DNA of 64,000 nucleotides from assembly GCA_900316035.1 (NCBI GenBank), contig ONBI01000010.1:9683-73682 (forward strand). Direction: 5' to 3'. Shown piece by piece: positions 44,283-53,861 of this stretch. Source of the DNA: an uncultured Eubacteriales bacterium. Its GTDB lineage: Bacteria > Bacillota_I > Bacilli_A > RFN20 > CAG-288. Under the pieces are notes generated by a model, which made no database searches, was not told the origin of the DNA, and worked only from the letters and a program-made list of their open reading frames with translations. The translations under genes were made by a program, and so were the position numbers. Numbering within the stretch: position 1 is the first letter of the stretch; the number at the start of each line of letters is the position of its first letter.

Positions 44283-44301
44283 GAGAGAAAAAACTCGTCG
44301 G

Positions 44302-45678
44302 CTAATCGGAGTCGGCGAGTTTTTCAATGAGTTCTTTGACCTGGCGTTTGAGTTCTTTCTTCGGTCCGTCGGTATGAAGAATAAAATCGAGCTGATTACG
44401 ATGTTTGTCGTAGGAGTTGAGGCGATTGAAGGAGGCACGGTCTGCTTTTTCTCCTCTTTCTTTCAGATGGGCTTTCTGCCTTGTTGTCTCCACCCCGACT
44501 TTATAGGTGACCAATTTATCGAAGCGGCTTTCAAAAAGGAGAGGGATCTCCAAGGCTTTGTTCTTGCCATCGTTAGCAATCAGGAAATCGTTGATTCTTT
44601 CCCGAAGCTTCGCATAAAGGAAAGTCTCATAACGTCTGCGGAAAGTAGAATCGTTCTGTAACAGAGAAGTAATTTTTCCTTTATCGAGAGCAGGAGTGAA
44701 GATGACAGGGAACTTCGCTTTCAATACTTTGAGGAAAGCTTCGTCCTGATAAAGCTTATGAACCTCTTCATCGCAGGAGAAAGTGACAAATCCACACTGC
44801 CCGAAATACTTGGTCGCCAGAGATTTTCCGCTGGCAATTTTTCCCGTAATTCCTAACGAAATTCCGGTATGTTGGCAGTGCGGACAGAACTCGGTTCCTC
44901 TTCCTCCAAGGAAGAGTTTTTCAATCTTGGTCTTATGACAACGTGGGCATTCTTCTCCCTGTTTTCCATATACTTTCAGAATATTCTGGAATTCTCCTTC
45001 GCTATCCGCCGAAGGATGATAGCTGCGGATCGTAGAACCATGATGGGAGATAGCATCCGCTAAGATCTTCTTTGCATTCTCTAAGATTCTTTCGGCCTCT
45101 TCTTTCGTTATTTTCTTACCGGGTTTAAAAGGAGAAACCGAAGAAGCAAAAAGGATTTCATTGGCATAGATATTGCCGATACCGGAAATCAACGTCTGAT
45201 CGAGAAGCAGTTCCTTGATCGGTTTCTCCGAGCGATGGAAACGGGTATAGAGATAGCTTGAATTCTGGATTTCCCAAGGCTCCGGACCGAGTTTGGAAAG
45301 GGGTCCATCCTCGTTTTCGTTTAAAAGGATGCTGATACCGAATTTACGTGTATCGAAGAAAGCAAGTCCTCCTTGTTCTCCTTGGAAAGGAAAATAGATT
45401 GAAAGATGTCTTGGCTCCGGTTCTTTTAAAACGATATAGAGTTTTCCTTCCATCCGGAAATGGAAAAGGAGCTTTTTCTCTTCATCGAGATGGAGAAGAA
45501 GATATTTTCCTCTCCGGGAAAGTGAAAGAACTTTTCTTCCTTCTACGCCGGAACAATATTCTTCCAGAGGATTGCCGATTGCTCTTTTGACAAAAACTTT
45601 CGGCCGAGCGAAAACCTTCCCGACAAGGTCGGGCTCTAACATCTTCTTGACGGTTTCTACTTCCGGAAGTTCAGGCAT
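44302..45678 (-). CDS. mutM: Bifunctional fusion: formamidopyrimidine-DNA glycosylase (Fpg/MutM) plus dephospho-CoA kinase (CoaE)
   Basis: 458 aa. MPELPEVETV, H2TH (LLDQTLISGIGNIYANEILF), zinc finger CPRCHKT...CPHCQ ending at aa ~269. CoaE P-loop LGITGKIASGKS follows from aa ~275 and a full ~185-aa kinase domain. Confidence 0.85.
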   Translation of the reverse strand: MPELPEVETVKKMLEPDLVGKVFARPKVFVKRAIGNPLEEYCSGVEGRKVLSLSRRGKYLLLHLDEEKKLLFHFRMEGKLYIVLKEPEPRHLSIYFPFQGEQGGLAFFDTRKFGISILLNENEDGPLSKLGPEPWEIQNSSYLYTRFHRSEKPIKELLLDQTLISGIGNIYANEILFASSVSPFKPGKKITKEEAERILENAKKILADAISHHGSTIRSYHPSADSEGEFQNILKVYGKQGEECPRCHKTKIEKLFLGGRGTEFCPHCQHTGISLGITGKIASGKSLATKYFGQCGFVTFSCDEEVHKLYQDEAFLKVLKAKFPVIFTPALDKGKITSLLQNDSTFRRRYETFLYAKLRERINDFLIANDGKNKALEIPLLFESRFDKLVTYKVGVETTRQKAHLKERGEKADRASFNRLNSYDKHRNQLDFILHTDGPKKELKRQVKELIEKLADSD

Positions 45679-45680
45679 AT

Positions 45681-48296
45681 TCAGTGAGCCTCATACCAAG
45701 TGAAAGCAGCATTGCCATCGACTTCAAGAGGTACCGAAAGAGGAAGAGCATGGTCCATGCAGTCTTTCAATAGCGGCAATACTTTTTCCAATTCATCCTT
45801 AGGGACTTTGAAAAGAAGTTCATCGTGTATCTGAAGGATGATCTTCGTCTTATACCCTTCCAAAGCTTTCTGGCATTTGACCATAGCGACCTTGATGAGG
45901 TCAGCGGCACTTCCCTGAATGACAGAGTTCGTGGCGGCACGTTCCGAGAAGGAGCGCAAAGCATGATTCGAAGAATTGATATCTTTGAGATATCGGCGGC
46001 GATTTAAAATCGTCGTGACATAGCCGTCTTTTCTGGCTTTTTCGATGCAGGCATTCTGGAAAGCATCGATACCTTCAAAGGTATCCTTGAACTGACGGAT
46101 CAGTTCTCCGGCTTCTTTCGGTGGGATATCGAGCTGTTGGGCTAAGCCATAACTGGAGATGCCGTAGATAATACCGAAGTTGACGGCTTTGGCTTTTCTT
46201 CGCATCTCGGGTGTGACATCATCAAACGGAACATGGAAGACACGGCTTGCAGTAGAACGATGAATATCTTTTCCTTCTAAGAAGATTTCTTTCAGGGCTT
46301 TGATATCGGCGACATGGGCAAGCATCCGTAACTCAATCTGCGAGTAATCCAGAGAGAGCATATAGTACTCATGATCCGGATAGAAGAAAGCTTTACGGAT
46401 GTTCTTTCCTTCTTCGGAACGGATAGAGATGTTCTGTAAGTTCGGTTCCGACATGGAAAGTCTTCCGGTCGAAGTGAGGGCCTGGTTATAGATAGCATGG
46501 ATTTTACCATCCGCTCCGATATGATTAGGAAGAGCGGTGGTATAACCATTGACCAGTTTTGCATACATACGGTACTCGATCAGAAGAGGTACGATCGGAT
46601 GGTCGTCCTGATGCGCTTTTAAGACATCGATACCGGTTCCTTTTTCGCCTTTAATACGATGTAAACCGAGATCCGTAAAGAGAACTTCTTCCAATTGCCT
46701 TGGCGAATTGATGTTGAATTCCTTTCCGGCTAAAGCATAGATCTTCTGCTCGAGGTCTTTCAGAATTCCCGAATATTCTTTTCCGATTTCATCTAAGGTT
46801 GTTCTATCAATCGGGAAGCCTTCAATCTCCATACCAGCTAAGATATCGGCTAAAGGCATCTCCACTTCCTTAAACAACTTTGTTTCTTCGTTCTTCTCTA
46901 ATTCCTCTTCGCATTTCGAACGTAAATCGGCAGTATAGGAAGCGACCTGAGCCGCTTCGTTTTTCTCCATATCCAAACTTAGACCATAAGCGGCAAAAAG
47001 ATCTTCCCTGTTCTTTCCGAAATCCGGATTGAGAAGATAAGTGGCAAGAAGCAGATCAAAAGAAACACCTTGAAGCTTAGGAAAACCGTTGCGGGAAAGA
47101 AGCACCTGAAGGCCTTTGATATCGTACACAGCAAGATCTTTCTTACTATCGTTTAAGAAAGCGACAAAGGAAGAATCTTCTTTGGCTTTGCTGAAAGGTA
47201 AAAGATAGCTATGGGAAGCCGTGGCAAAAGCAAAAGCATAAAGAGTAGCGGTGTTTTCGTTATCTTCGGAAGAATCATAAGTGAAAGCTAAGACTTTCTC
47301 CGGAATTTCAGAGAAAGAGGAAATATGGATAATATCCCTCTCGGCTTCTTTTTCCTCTTCTTCCGGCATATCGAAAAGGGACATCTGAGGATTGCTATCT
47401 TCGACGATACCAGGCATGCGGTCAATCGCTTTTAAAAAAGAGGAGAACTGATATTTCTGATAGAAAGCAAGAAGCTTGCTCTTGAGATACGGGCGATAAG
47501 AAGAATCTTCGTATTCTTTCTTCATATCAAGTCCCGTTTCGATCGTTGCCAGTTCCTTGAAGAAACGGGCATCTTTCTCTCCGGCTAAGATCTTCTGATT
47601 GATCTTCGGGCCAGGGTTCTTCTGACAATAGGCAAGGATGCCATCAAGATTCTGATAGGCGTCCAGAAGCTTCATCGTCGTCTTTTCGCCGACACCCTTG
47701 ATACCTTTATAGTTATCGCTCGGATCCCCGGCGATGCCTTTGAAATCGGTGATCTGATTCGGATAAAGACCGAAGAGTTCCTTGAGGTTGTCTTTGGTGT
47801 AATCGATGGTTTCGCTTAGACCCTTCTTGAGGAAACAGACCGTGACCTTCGGAGAGAGATCCAGAAGCTGAAGGAAATCCTTATCGGAAGTAAAAAGAAC
47901 GACGTTATCGCCTTTTTCGGCTGCGGTCTTTGCCATCGATCCGGCAAGATCATCCCCTTCGTATCCTTCTCTTTCTTCCCAGGTGATATCCATCGCTTCT
48001 AACATTTCTCGGGCGATTGGCATCTGGGCAATCAGTTCCTGAGGAGCAGGAGCACGCTGAGCTTTATATTCTTCGAATTCCTTTTTGCGGAAAGTCGGTT
48101 TTCCGGTATCGAAAGAGACGAAGAGATGGTCTCCTTCTTTGAGATCCTGTTTTATCTTTTTGATGAGGTTATGGAAAGCATAGATGGCATTCGTTGGAAT
48201 GCCTTCTCTGGTGGACATCAATTGCCCGGTATAGGCGGTCGAATAATAGGAACGGAACAGTAACGAGTTACCATCGACAATATAGGTTTTAACCAT
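45681..48296 (-). CDS. polA: DNA polymerase I
   Basis: 871 aa. 5'-nuclease domain (YIVDGNSLLFRSYY), pol motifs DYSQIELRMLAH, RRKAKAVNFGIIYG, LQIHDELLF. Confidence 0.95.
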   Translation of the reverse strand: MVKTYIVDGNSLLFRSYYSTAYTGQLMSTREGIPTNAIYAFHNLIKKIKQDLKEGDHLFVSFDTGKPTFRKKEFEEYKAQRAPAPQELIAQMPIAREMLEAMDITWEEREGYEGDDLAGSMAKTAAEKGDNVVLFTSDKDFLQLLDLSPKVTVCFLKKGLSETIDYTKDNLKELFGLYPNQITDFKGIAGDPSDNYKGIKGVGEKTTMKLLDAYQNLDGILAYCQKNPGPKINQKILAGEKDARFFKELATIETGLDMKKEYEDSSYRPYLKSKLLAFYQKYQFSSFLKAIDRMPGIVEDSNPQMSLFDMPEEEEKEAERDIIHISSFSEIPEKVLAFTYDSSEDNENTATLYAFAFATASHSYLLPFSKAKEDSSFVAFLNDSKKDLAVYDIKGLQVLLSRNGFPKLQGVSFDLLLATYLLNPDFGKNREDLFAAYGLSLDMEKNEAAQVASYTADLRSKCEEELEKNEETKLFKEVEMPLADILAGMEIEGFPIDRTTLDEIGKEYSGILKDLEQKIYALAGKEFNINSPRQLEEVLFTDLGLHRIKGEKGTGIDVLKAHQDDHPIVPLLIEYRMYAKLVNGYTTALPNHIGADGKIHAIYNQALTSTGRLSMSEPNLQNISIRSEEGKNIRKAFFYPDHEYYMLSLDYSQIELRMLAHVADIKALKEIFLEGKDIHRSTASRVFHVPFDDVTPEMRRKAKAVNFGIIYGISSYGLAQQLDIPPKEAGELIRQFKDTFEGIDAFQNACIEKARKDGYVTTILNRRRYLKDINSSNHALRSFSERAATNSVIQGSAADLIKVAMVKCQKALEGYKTKIILQIHDELLFKVPKDELEKVLPLLKDCMDHALPLSVPLEVDGNAAFTWYEAH

Positions 48297-51228
48297 GTTT
48301 GACTACCTTTCTCTCTTGGAAGAGCAACCGTATGGAATTTTCGGATAAGTAAGTCGAATGCGTATCGTAAAGATCCTGCTGGGAAACAAGAACGAAGGAA
48401 TACTTCTCGGGTTTCTCCCCTTTGGTCAGAGTCAACCGATAACGGGAAGAAGCATCTTCAATCGTAATCGTATGGGAGAGCTCGAGAAGCGAAGTATCCG
48501 AAACAATAAATGTCCGGTAATGCTCTTGGGATACAACTCTTTCCAAAGGTACCGAGAGGATTCTTCCTAGAGCAAGCTTTTCTAATAGGAGCATCTCTCC
48601 GATATCTTCCCCATCATCCGTTAAAGGAGGAAGATTCTCTTCTTTGAAACCCATGCGAGCATAAGAATAATAAAGCGGAAGATTCTTCTTCATCGCCACT
48701 CTCGACTTCGACAAAGCATCGAAAGCTCCGCTATCGATCAGAGCGAGAAGATAGCGGTTATCACTTCCGCCTAGTTCCGGAGTACGTTTTACAAAATCAT
48801 AGAAGGAAGTGAAGGGACCTTGTTTTCTTTTCTCTAAGATCACCTTTACCGCCTTATCGGAATAGGAGCTGACCGCTGAGAAAGGAAGAACAATCCTATT
48901 CCCGTTGAAGAGAACCGAATCCTCAAGAGACTGATTGAGGCTAGGGTTCTTTAACTTATAACCGTTTCTGGAAAGTTCTCGGAATAAGGAGTTACTCTTG
49001 CTGTTAGCTAGATTCGTTTCCGATAGACATGCCCCATAGAATTCTTCGGGGAAGAAGGTCTTTTCGTAAAGCAGCGTATAAGTGATCAAGGCATAGGCAT
49101 AAGCGTGTGCTTTATTGAAACCATAGGAAGCAAACTTCTCGATATCTTCAAAAAGCGCTTGTGCATTTTCTTCCGAGATATTATTGGCAATACATCCTTT
49201 CAGGAACTTTTCTTTATAAGCTTCCATCTTCGAAAGATCCTTCTTGGAAATAGCACGGCGGAAAAGGTCCGCTTCCCCTAACGTGAAGTTCGCCGCCACC
49301 TGTACTACCTTCATAATCTGTTCCTGATAGACCATGATGCCATAGGTAGGTTCTAAGATTGGACGTAACCTTTCCTCCCGATAAGTGACTTTCTCTAAGC
49401 CTTTCTTACGCTGAGCAAACGTATGGATATACGCCATAGGGCCAGGACGGCAAAGAGCGATGACGGAAGTCATATCGGCAAAACATTCCGGATGGATCTC
49501 TTCTACTGTTTTCCGCATCACAGAAGAAGTATCCAGCTGGAAAATTCCATAAAGATCCAGCCGATTCAGCGTCTCATAGACTTTCGGATTATCGAGATCG
49601 TGATAGATATTCGGAAGCTTCTTCCCGTTCTGAGAGATGCGGTTTTCGATATCTTCCAAGAAAGAAAGATTCGAAAGTGAGAGGATATCCATTTTCAGAA
49701 AACCCATCCTCTCCATATAGGGATATTCGTATTCGACGATTCCATACATACCTTCGCTCATCGGGCAGGTGTGATAGATTTCGTCTTTGGAAAGGATGAC
49801 ACCCGGAGCATGGATAGAGGTGTTATAAGGTAAACCGAGCAGGGATTCGGCAATATCGCAGATCTTACGGTAATAGGGATCGGCATAAAGACGTTGGAAA
49901 CGATAGCCGTGTATCTTCGAAGCCAGAGCTTCCTGGAAAGTCGCAGCTTTATCGTCGATTTCCCGCGTCAGATTCTTCAATCGATTTTCATTGAATCCTA
50001 AAGCCGGCCCGATCAGATTGAGACAGGACTTCGGTTTCAAGCGTGGGAAAGTGATGATGGTCGCGGTATGTCTTTCCCCGTATTTCCGTTTCAGATAAGC
50101 CGCTACTTCGTCTCTTCTGGTATCGATGAAGTCGATATCGATATCTGGCATGGTCTTTCGATAAGGGTTGAGGAAACGTTCGAAAGTAAGATCAAACCGA
50201 ATCGGATCAACTTCGGTGATAGAAAGAGCATAAGCGACAAGAGAACCACCGGCACTACCTCTTCCGGGACCGACACGGATACCGGAATTCTTCGCAAAAC
50301 TCACGTAATCTTCAACGATCAGGAAGTACGAAGAAAAGTGCATCGAGGAGATGACGCTGAGTTCATAATCGAGTCTTTCCTGATAGACTTTCGGAACCGG
50401 AGAGCCGACTCTTTTTTCAAGTCCGGCCTGCGCTTTCGTACGAAGAGCATTATCCTCGTCAGGATAAGAAATCATCTCCCCTCTTTTTTCAAAGAAGGAG
50501 AAGTTCAGTTTTCTGGCTAAGTTATCGGCTTCCGCAATATCCTGCATCCGATAGATGCTGTTGAGAGCTTTAGGAGAAAGAAGGAAATAAGGGCCTTCCT
50601 TAGGAAGAGAAGACGCAATTTCTTTAGTTCTGGCTTTCTCAAGAAGTGCGGTTTTATAAGCATCGTCTTTCCGTAGATATTCAACTTTCGGGAAAGTCAA
50701 AGACTTATAACCATGATCAAAAAGATATTGATAAAGAGTCGGAGCTTCTTCCTGATCCAAAGAAGAATAGATTTCGAGTCCGAAATAGAAATCCTCTCCG
50801 AAGATTTCCCGATACGTGAGAATATCCGGAGAAATAGCTGTCAAGAAAGGAGTTGCAAAGAAATTCTGGTCCGTTCCGAGAACCAATACCAATCCCTCGT
50901 GATATTTTCTCAATAACTGGGTACCGATCACTTCCTCTTTGAGAGCGATAAGTTCACAGAGGTTTCGGTAACCCTGTTCATCTTTAATAAATAAATAGGC
51001 CGTATAGGGATAAACACGGCTTGAACCAAGCTTCGTTTCATAGCCAAAAAGAGCCTTGATGCCTTCTTTCTCGCAGGCATCGGCAAAGCTAGGATAGGCA
51101 TAAAGATTCGTGTCGCAGACCGCGAGCGAAGAATAGCCGAGTTCCTTTCCTCTTTTCACATATTCTTCGGGGAGAATCGTCGAGGAAGAAAACCGGTAAC
51201 TCGTGTGCGTGTTGAATTGGCTTGGCAT
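48289..51228 (-). CDS. dnaE: DNA polymerase III alpha subunit, DnaE type
   Basis: 980 aa from MPSQFNTHTSYRFS (PHP-like N-terminus). GSAGGSLVAYALSITEVDP, MPDIDIDF, FNKAHAYAYA. The 96 upstream codons of the track ORF overlap the divergent rlmB start and look non-coding. Stop overlaps the polA start (ATGGTTAA). Confidence 0.9.
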   Translation of the reverse strand: MPSQFNTHTSYRFSSSTILPEEYVKRGKELGYSSLAVCDTNLYAYPSFADACEKEGIKALFGYETKLGSSRVYPYTAYLFIKDEQGYRNLCELIALKEEVIGTQLLRKYHEGLVLVLGTDQNFFATPFLTAISPDILTYREIFGEDFYFGLEIYSSLDQEEAPTLYQYLFDHGYKSLTFPKVEYLRKDDAYKTALLEKARTKEIASSLPKEGPYFLLSPKALNSIYRMQDIAEADNLARKLNFSFFEKRGEMISYPDEDNALRTKAQAGLEKRVGSPVPKVYQERLDYELSVISSMHFSSYFLIVEDYVSFAKNSGIRVGPGRGSAGGSLVAYALSITEVDPIRFDLTFERFLNPYRKTMPDIDIDFIDTRRDEVAAYLKRKYGERHTATIITFPRLKPKSCLNLIGPALGFNENRLKNLTREIDDKAATFQEALASKIHGYRFQRLYADPYYRKICDIAESLLGLPYNTSIHAPGVILSKDEIYHTCPMSEGMYGIVEYEYPYMERMGFLKMDILSLSNLSFLEDIENRISQNGKKLPNIYHDLDNPKVYETLNRLDLYGIFQLDTSSVMRKTVEEIHPECFADMTSVIALCRPGPMAYIHTFAQRKKGLEKVTYREERLRPILEPTYGIMVYQEQIMKVVQVAANFTLGEADLFRRAISKKDLSKMEAYKEKFLKGCIANNISEENAQALFEDIEKFASYGFNKAHAYAYALITYTLLYEKTFFPEEFYGACLSETNLANSKSNSLFRELSRNGYKLKNPSLNQSLEDSVLFNGNRIVLPFSAVSSYSDKAVKVILEKRKQGPFTSFYDFVKRTPELGGSDNRYLLALIDSGAFDALSKSRVAMKKNLPLYYSYARMGFKEENLPPLTDDGEDIGEMLLLEKLALGRILSVPLERVVSQEHYRTFIVSDTSLLELSHTITIEDASSRYRLTLTKGEKPEKYSFVLVSQQDLYDTHSTYLSENSIRLLFQERKVVKHG

Positions 51229-51234
51229 ATCTTT

Positions 51235-51240
51235 ATTATA
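51235..51240 (-). promoter_or_regulatory. -10 box (TATAAT) 6 nt upstream of the dnaE ATG, candidate leaderless
   Basis: Minus strand reads ttgacTATAATaaagatATG. No SD. Confidence 0.4.
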
Positions 51241-51423
51241 GTCAAAACCCCCTTGGTTCCCTAGTACCGAATCTGTCGAAAACAGTCCTAAGTTTTTCCC
51301 GTATTTCGAAGGAAAAGCAGAAATGTTAACGAAAACAGCTGTTTTCGCTCTCTTTAGTGGAATTCCGCACTTTGCGAATCCACCTTTCATGGTATATAGT
51401 ACTGATACCTCGAGGAAGACAAT

Positions 51424-52158
51424 ATGGATAGCAACATCATTTACGGCAAAATACCCGTCAAAAACGCCTTGGTCGGTAAGCGGAAACCTATCCGCGTTTT
51501 TCTGAACTCCGATCATCCTGATCCGGAGATCCAGTCTCTTGCCCGCAAGAGCAATGTCCCGGTCAAACTCATCAGCAATGCCGAGCTAAGCCATTTAACC
51601 GAGAATAAAAACCACCAAGGAGCTGCTGCCTCGATTCCCGAGTTCCGCTACACTCCTCTGGAGAAAATAATCGAAGACGTCAAAGATAAAAAAGAGTCCA
51701 CCATCATCCTGCTCGATGGTATCGAGGATCCAGTCAATTTCGGTTCCATCATCCGTTCGGCAACCGGTTTCGGTGCCGATGCTATCATCATCGGAAAGAA
51801 TCGTCAGGTACCTGTAACCGGCACCGTCAGCAAGATTGCAACCGGCGGAGAAGAGATTGTTCCAATCGCTCAGGTCACCAATCTTTCTCAGTCCATCGAA
51901 GCATTGAAAAAAGTCGGCTATTGGATTGTCACTTCCGCTGGCGAAGGAAAAGATGTCTATGATGAAATCAACTATACTGGCAAGATTGTTCTTGTCATCG
52001 GATCGGAAGGATTCGGTGTTTCCCGTTTAGTAAGAGAACACTCCGATTTCATCGCCTCGATTCCTCTTCCTGGTCAAGTCAAAGCCCTCAATGCCGCTAT
52101 CGCCTGTGCTGTCTTCTTAAGTGAAATCAACTCCTATCGCCGCAAACATCAGAAGTAA
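51424..52158 (+). CDS. rlmB: 23S rRNA (guanosine-2'-O)-methyltransferase RlmB (TrmH family, group 3)
   Basis: 244 aa. IYGKIPVKNAL, LLDGIEDPVNFGSIIRSATGFGADAIII, LVIGSEGFGVSRL, ALNAAIACAVFL. Sits upstream of the sigH-like gene, as in Bacillus. Confidence 0.85.
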   Translation: MDSNIIYGKIPVKNALVGKRKPIRVFLNSDHPDPEIQSLARKSNVPVKLISNAELSHLTENKNHQGAAASIPEFRYTPLEKIIEDVKDKKESTIILLDGIEDPVNFGSIIRSATGFGADAIIIGKNRQVPVTGTVSKIATGGEEIVPIAQVTNLSQSIEALKKVGYWIVTSAGEGKDVYDEINYTGKIVLVIGSEGFGVSRLVREHSDFIASIPLPGQVKALNAAIACAVFLSEINSYRRKHQK

Positions 52159-52218
52159 TAAATATTAGGTTTTTCTATATTTCTGTTTTTCCTATTCTTA
52201 TGAAAGGAGGGTTTTCTT

Positions 52219-52923
52219 ATGCCCTTTTCGCAACCAGATAAGCCAATCTTGGCTATCTGCTGTTCTCCTTATCTTTCAAAGCTCTACAACCGGACACTGG
52301 AAACTTATACACCGCACGAACCTCTCCAGGCCGGTACCTATGGGTTTGACGATCTGAATCTCGAAGAAGTCGTGATGTTAGCAAAGGAAGACAAAGAGGC
52401 TCAGGAAGAGCTCCTTTGCCGGCTTACTCAGCTTCTGCATTTTTATGCGGAGAGAACTTCGCATCGCTGTCCACAGCTCGATTATTATCTTCTCTATTCC
52501 TACTATCAGGAAACCGCACTGAAACTGTGCAAACAGTATCAGCCAGGCAAAGGAGATTTTCTCCACTATCTACGGAAGAGCCTGCACTTCACCTATGCCA
52601 GAGCTTTGAACAAAGTGAAAAAGGAAGAGGAACTTGCTCAGAGCTATTTCACCTATCTTCCGCCTTCTCTTTCTCCCGAGACTTTTCGGGATTCCGCAAG
52701 TGACTCCATGATTGAAAGCATCACTCTGAAAATCGACCTTCAGAACTTTTTAGATTCTCTCGACGATGAAAACCGCAATATCTTCCGTATGTATCTCGAT
52801 GGCTACACCTTGAGAGAAATCGGAAGCGCTCTGCAGATAAAGCTCTCAACGGTCGATCACCGCGTGAAGAAAATGATGAGCGACTTTGTGAAGAAAGTGA
52901 AATTCTCGGATTCTTCTCATTGA
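52219..52923 (+). CDS. Sigma-70 family RNA polymerase sigma factor, SigH-like
   Basis: 234 aa. Region 4 LDDENRNIFRMYLDGYTLREIGSALQIKLSTVDHRVKKM parallels B. subtilis SigH LERKVLVLYLDGRSYQEIADEL...IDNALQRVKRKL. Strong AAAGGAGGG SD. rlmB-sigH synteny. Confidence 0.7.
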   Translation: MPFSQPDKPILAICCSPYLSKLYNRTLETYTPHEPLQAGTYGFDDLNLEEVVMLAKEDKEAQEELLCRLTQLLHFYAERTSHRCPQLDYYLLYSYYQETALKLCKQYQPGKGDFLHYLRKSLHFTYARALNKVKKEEELAQSYFTYLPPSLSPETFRDSASDSMIESITLKIDLQNFLDSLDDENRNIFRMYLDGYTLREIGSALQIKLSTVDHRVKKMMSDFVKKVKFSDSSH

Positions 52924-52931
52924 TGCACCCT

Positions 52932-52960
52932 TTAAATTTCTCCTTCTTCTCCATTAGAAT
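52932..52960 (+). promoter_or_regulatory. Candidate promoter giving a leaderless mRNA for the GT2 gene
   Basis: TTAAAT-17 nt-TAGAAT, then 6 nt (agtgat), then ATG 52967. No SD. Confidence 0.45.
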
Positions 52961-52966
52961 AGTGAT

Positions 52967-53857
52967 ATGAGTCAATTGAAAATCTCTGTCATCATCCCCG
53001 TTTACGAGGAAAAAGAATATCTCTCTTCTTGTCTTGATTCCTTGCTGAATCAGGACTTCAAAGAAAACTATGACATTCTCCTTATCGAGACTGGCTCCGA
53101 TGATGGATCGGACCAGATCTGCAAAGCGTATCAGGAAAAGGCACCGAACCGCGTCTTCTGGTATCACTACCCAGAAAACAAAGGTATTTCCTATGCTAGG
53201 AATCTGGGACTTCTCCATGCGATGGGAGAATACGTGACGTTTGTCGACGGCGATGACACCGTTTCCAAAGACTATTTATCCTCCCTCTACTCCGAAACCG
53301 GAAACAGCGATATCGCAATTGTCACCGGTGGCCACGATATTGTCGATGGAGAAGCTAGTAAGAAAGTGAAATCCGTTTCCTATCACGGAGACGGAAACAA
53401 AGCTCTTCTGAAGTTCTACTCCGGCAAAAAGAAATATTTCAATTACACTTGCTGGGCAAGACTCTACAAGCGGAGTTTCCTGCAGGCAAATAAGCTCTTT
53501 TTTCCTAATGAAGTAGGAGTCTACGAAGATTTCATCTTCCTTAACGAAGCCTTTTCCTGTTCCTGTCAGACGGTTTTCTTCAAGGAAGTCATCTATCATT
53601 ACAGGAAACATTCTTCTTCCACATTAGCAAAAAAGAAGGATCATCTTACGCCAGCTCTCTCAGCGCTCCAGCTTTCAAAGATGCGTGTCTCTATGAGAAA
53701 TCCGGAGTTAGCAAAGAAGCTCTTTTCTCACTTATCTTTCCGCTTCTCTCTCAGAATTCGAAAAGAGATTAAGAAGCTAGCCAATAGCGAAGGAAAAGAC
53801 AAGAAGAAACTACAGGAGGAAACGAAAGAGAAGCTTGCTCTTCTCTTCGTAAAGTAA
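52967..53857 (+). CDS. GT2-family glycosyltransferase
   Basis: 296 aa. ISVIIPVYEEKEYLSSCLDSLLNQ, DDGSDQI, VTFVDGDD (DxD). Confidence 0.85.
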   Translation: MSQLKISVIIPVYEEKEYLSSCLDSLLNQDFKENYDILLIETGSDDGSDQICKAYQEKAPNRVFWYHYPENKGISYARNLGLLHAMGEYVTFVDGDDTVSKDYLSSLYSETGNSDIAIVTGGHDIVDGEASKKVKSVSYHGDGNKALLKFYSGKKKYFNYTCWARLYKRSFLQANKLFFPNEVGVYEDFIFLNEAFSCSCQTVFFKEVIYHYRKHSSSTLAKKKDHLTPALSALQLSKMRVSMRNPELAKKLFSHLSFRFSLRIRKEIKKLANSEGKDKKKLQEETKEKLALLFVK

Positions 53858-53861
53858 CTAA

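Noticed and set aside
51229-51516. 96-codon N-terminal extension of the dnaE ORF given in the track.
   Set aside because: The extension overlaps the divergent rlmB start and its SD and has no DnaE-like sequence. The conserved PHP-type N-terminus begins at Met 51228, which is preceded by TATAAT plus 6 nt.
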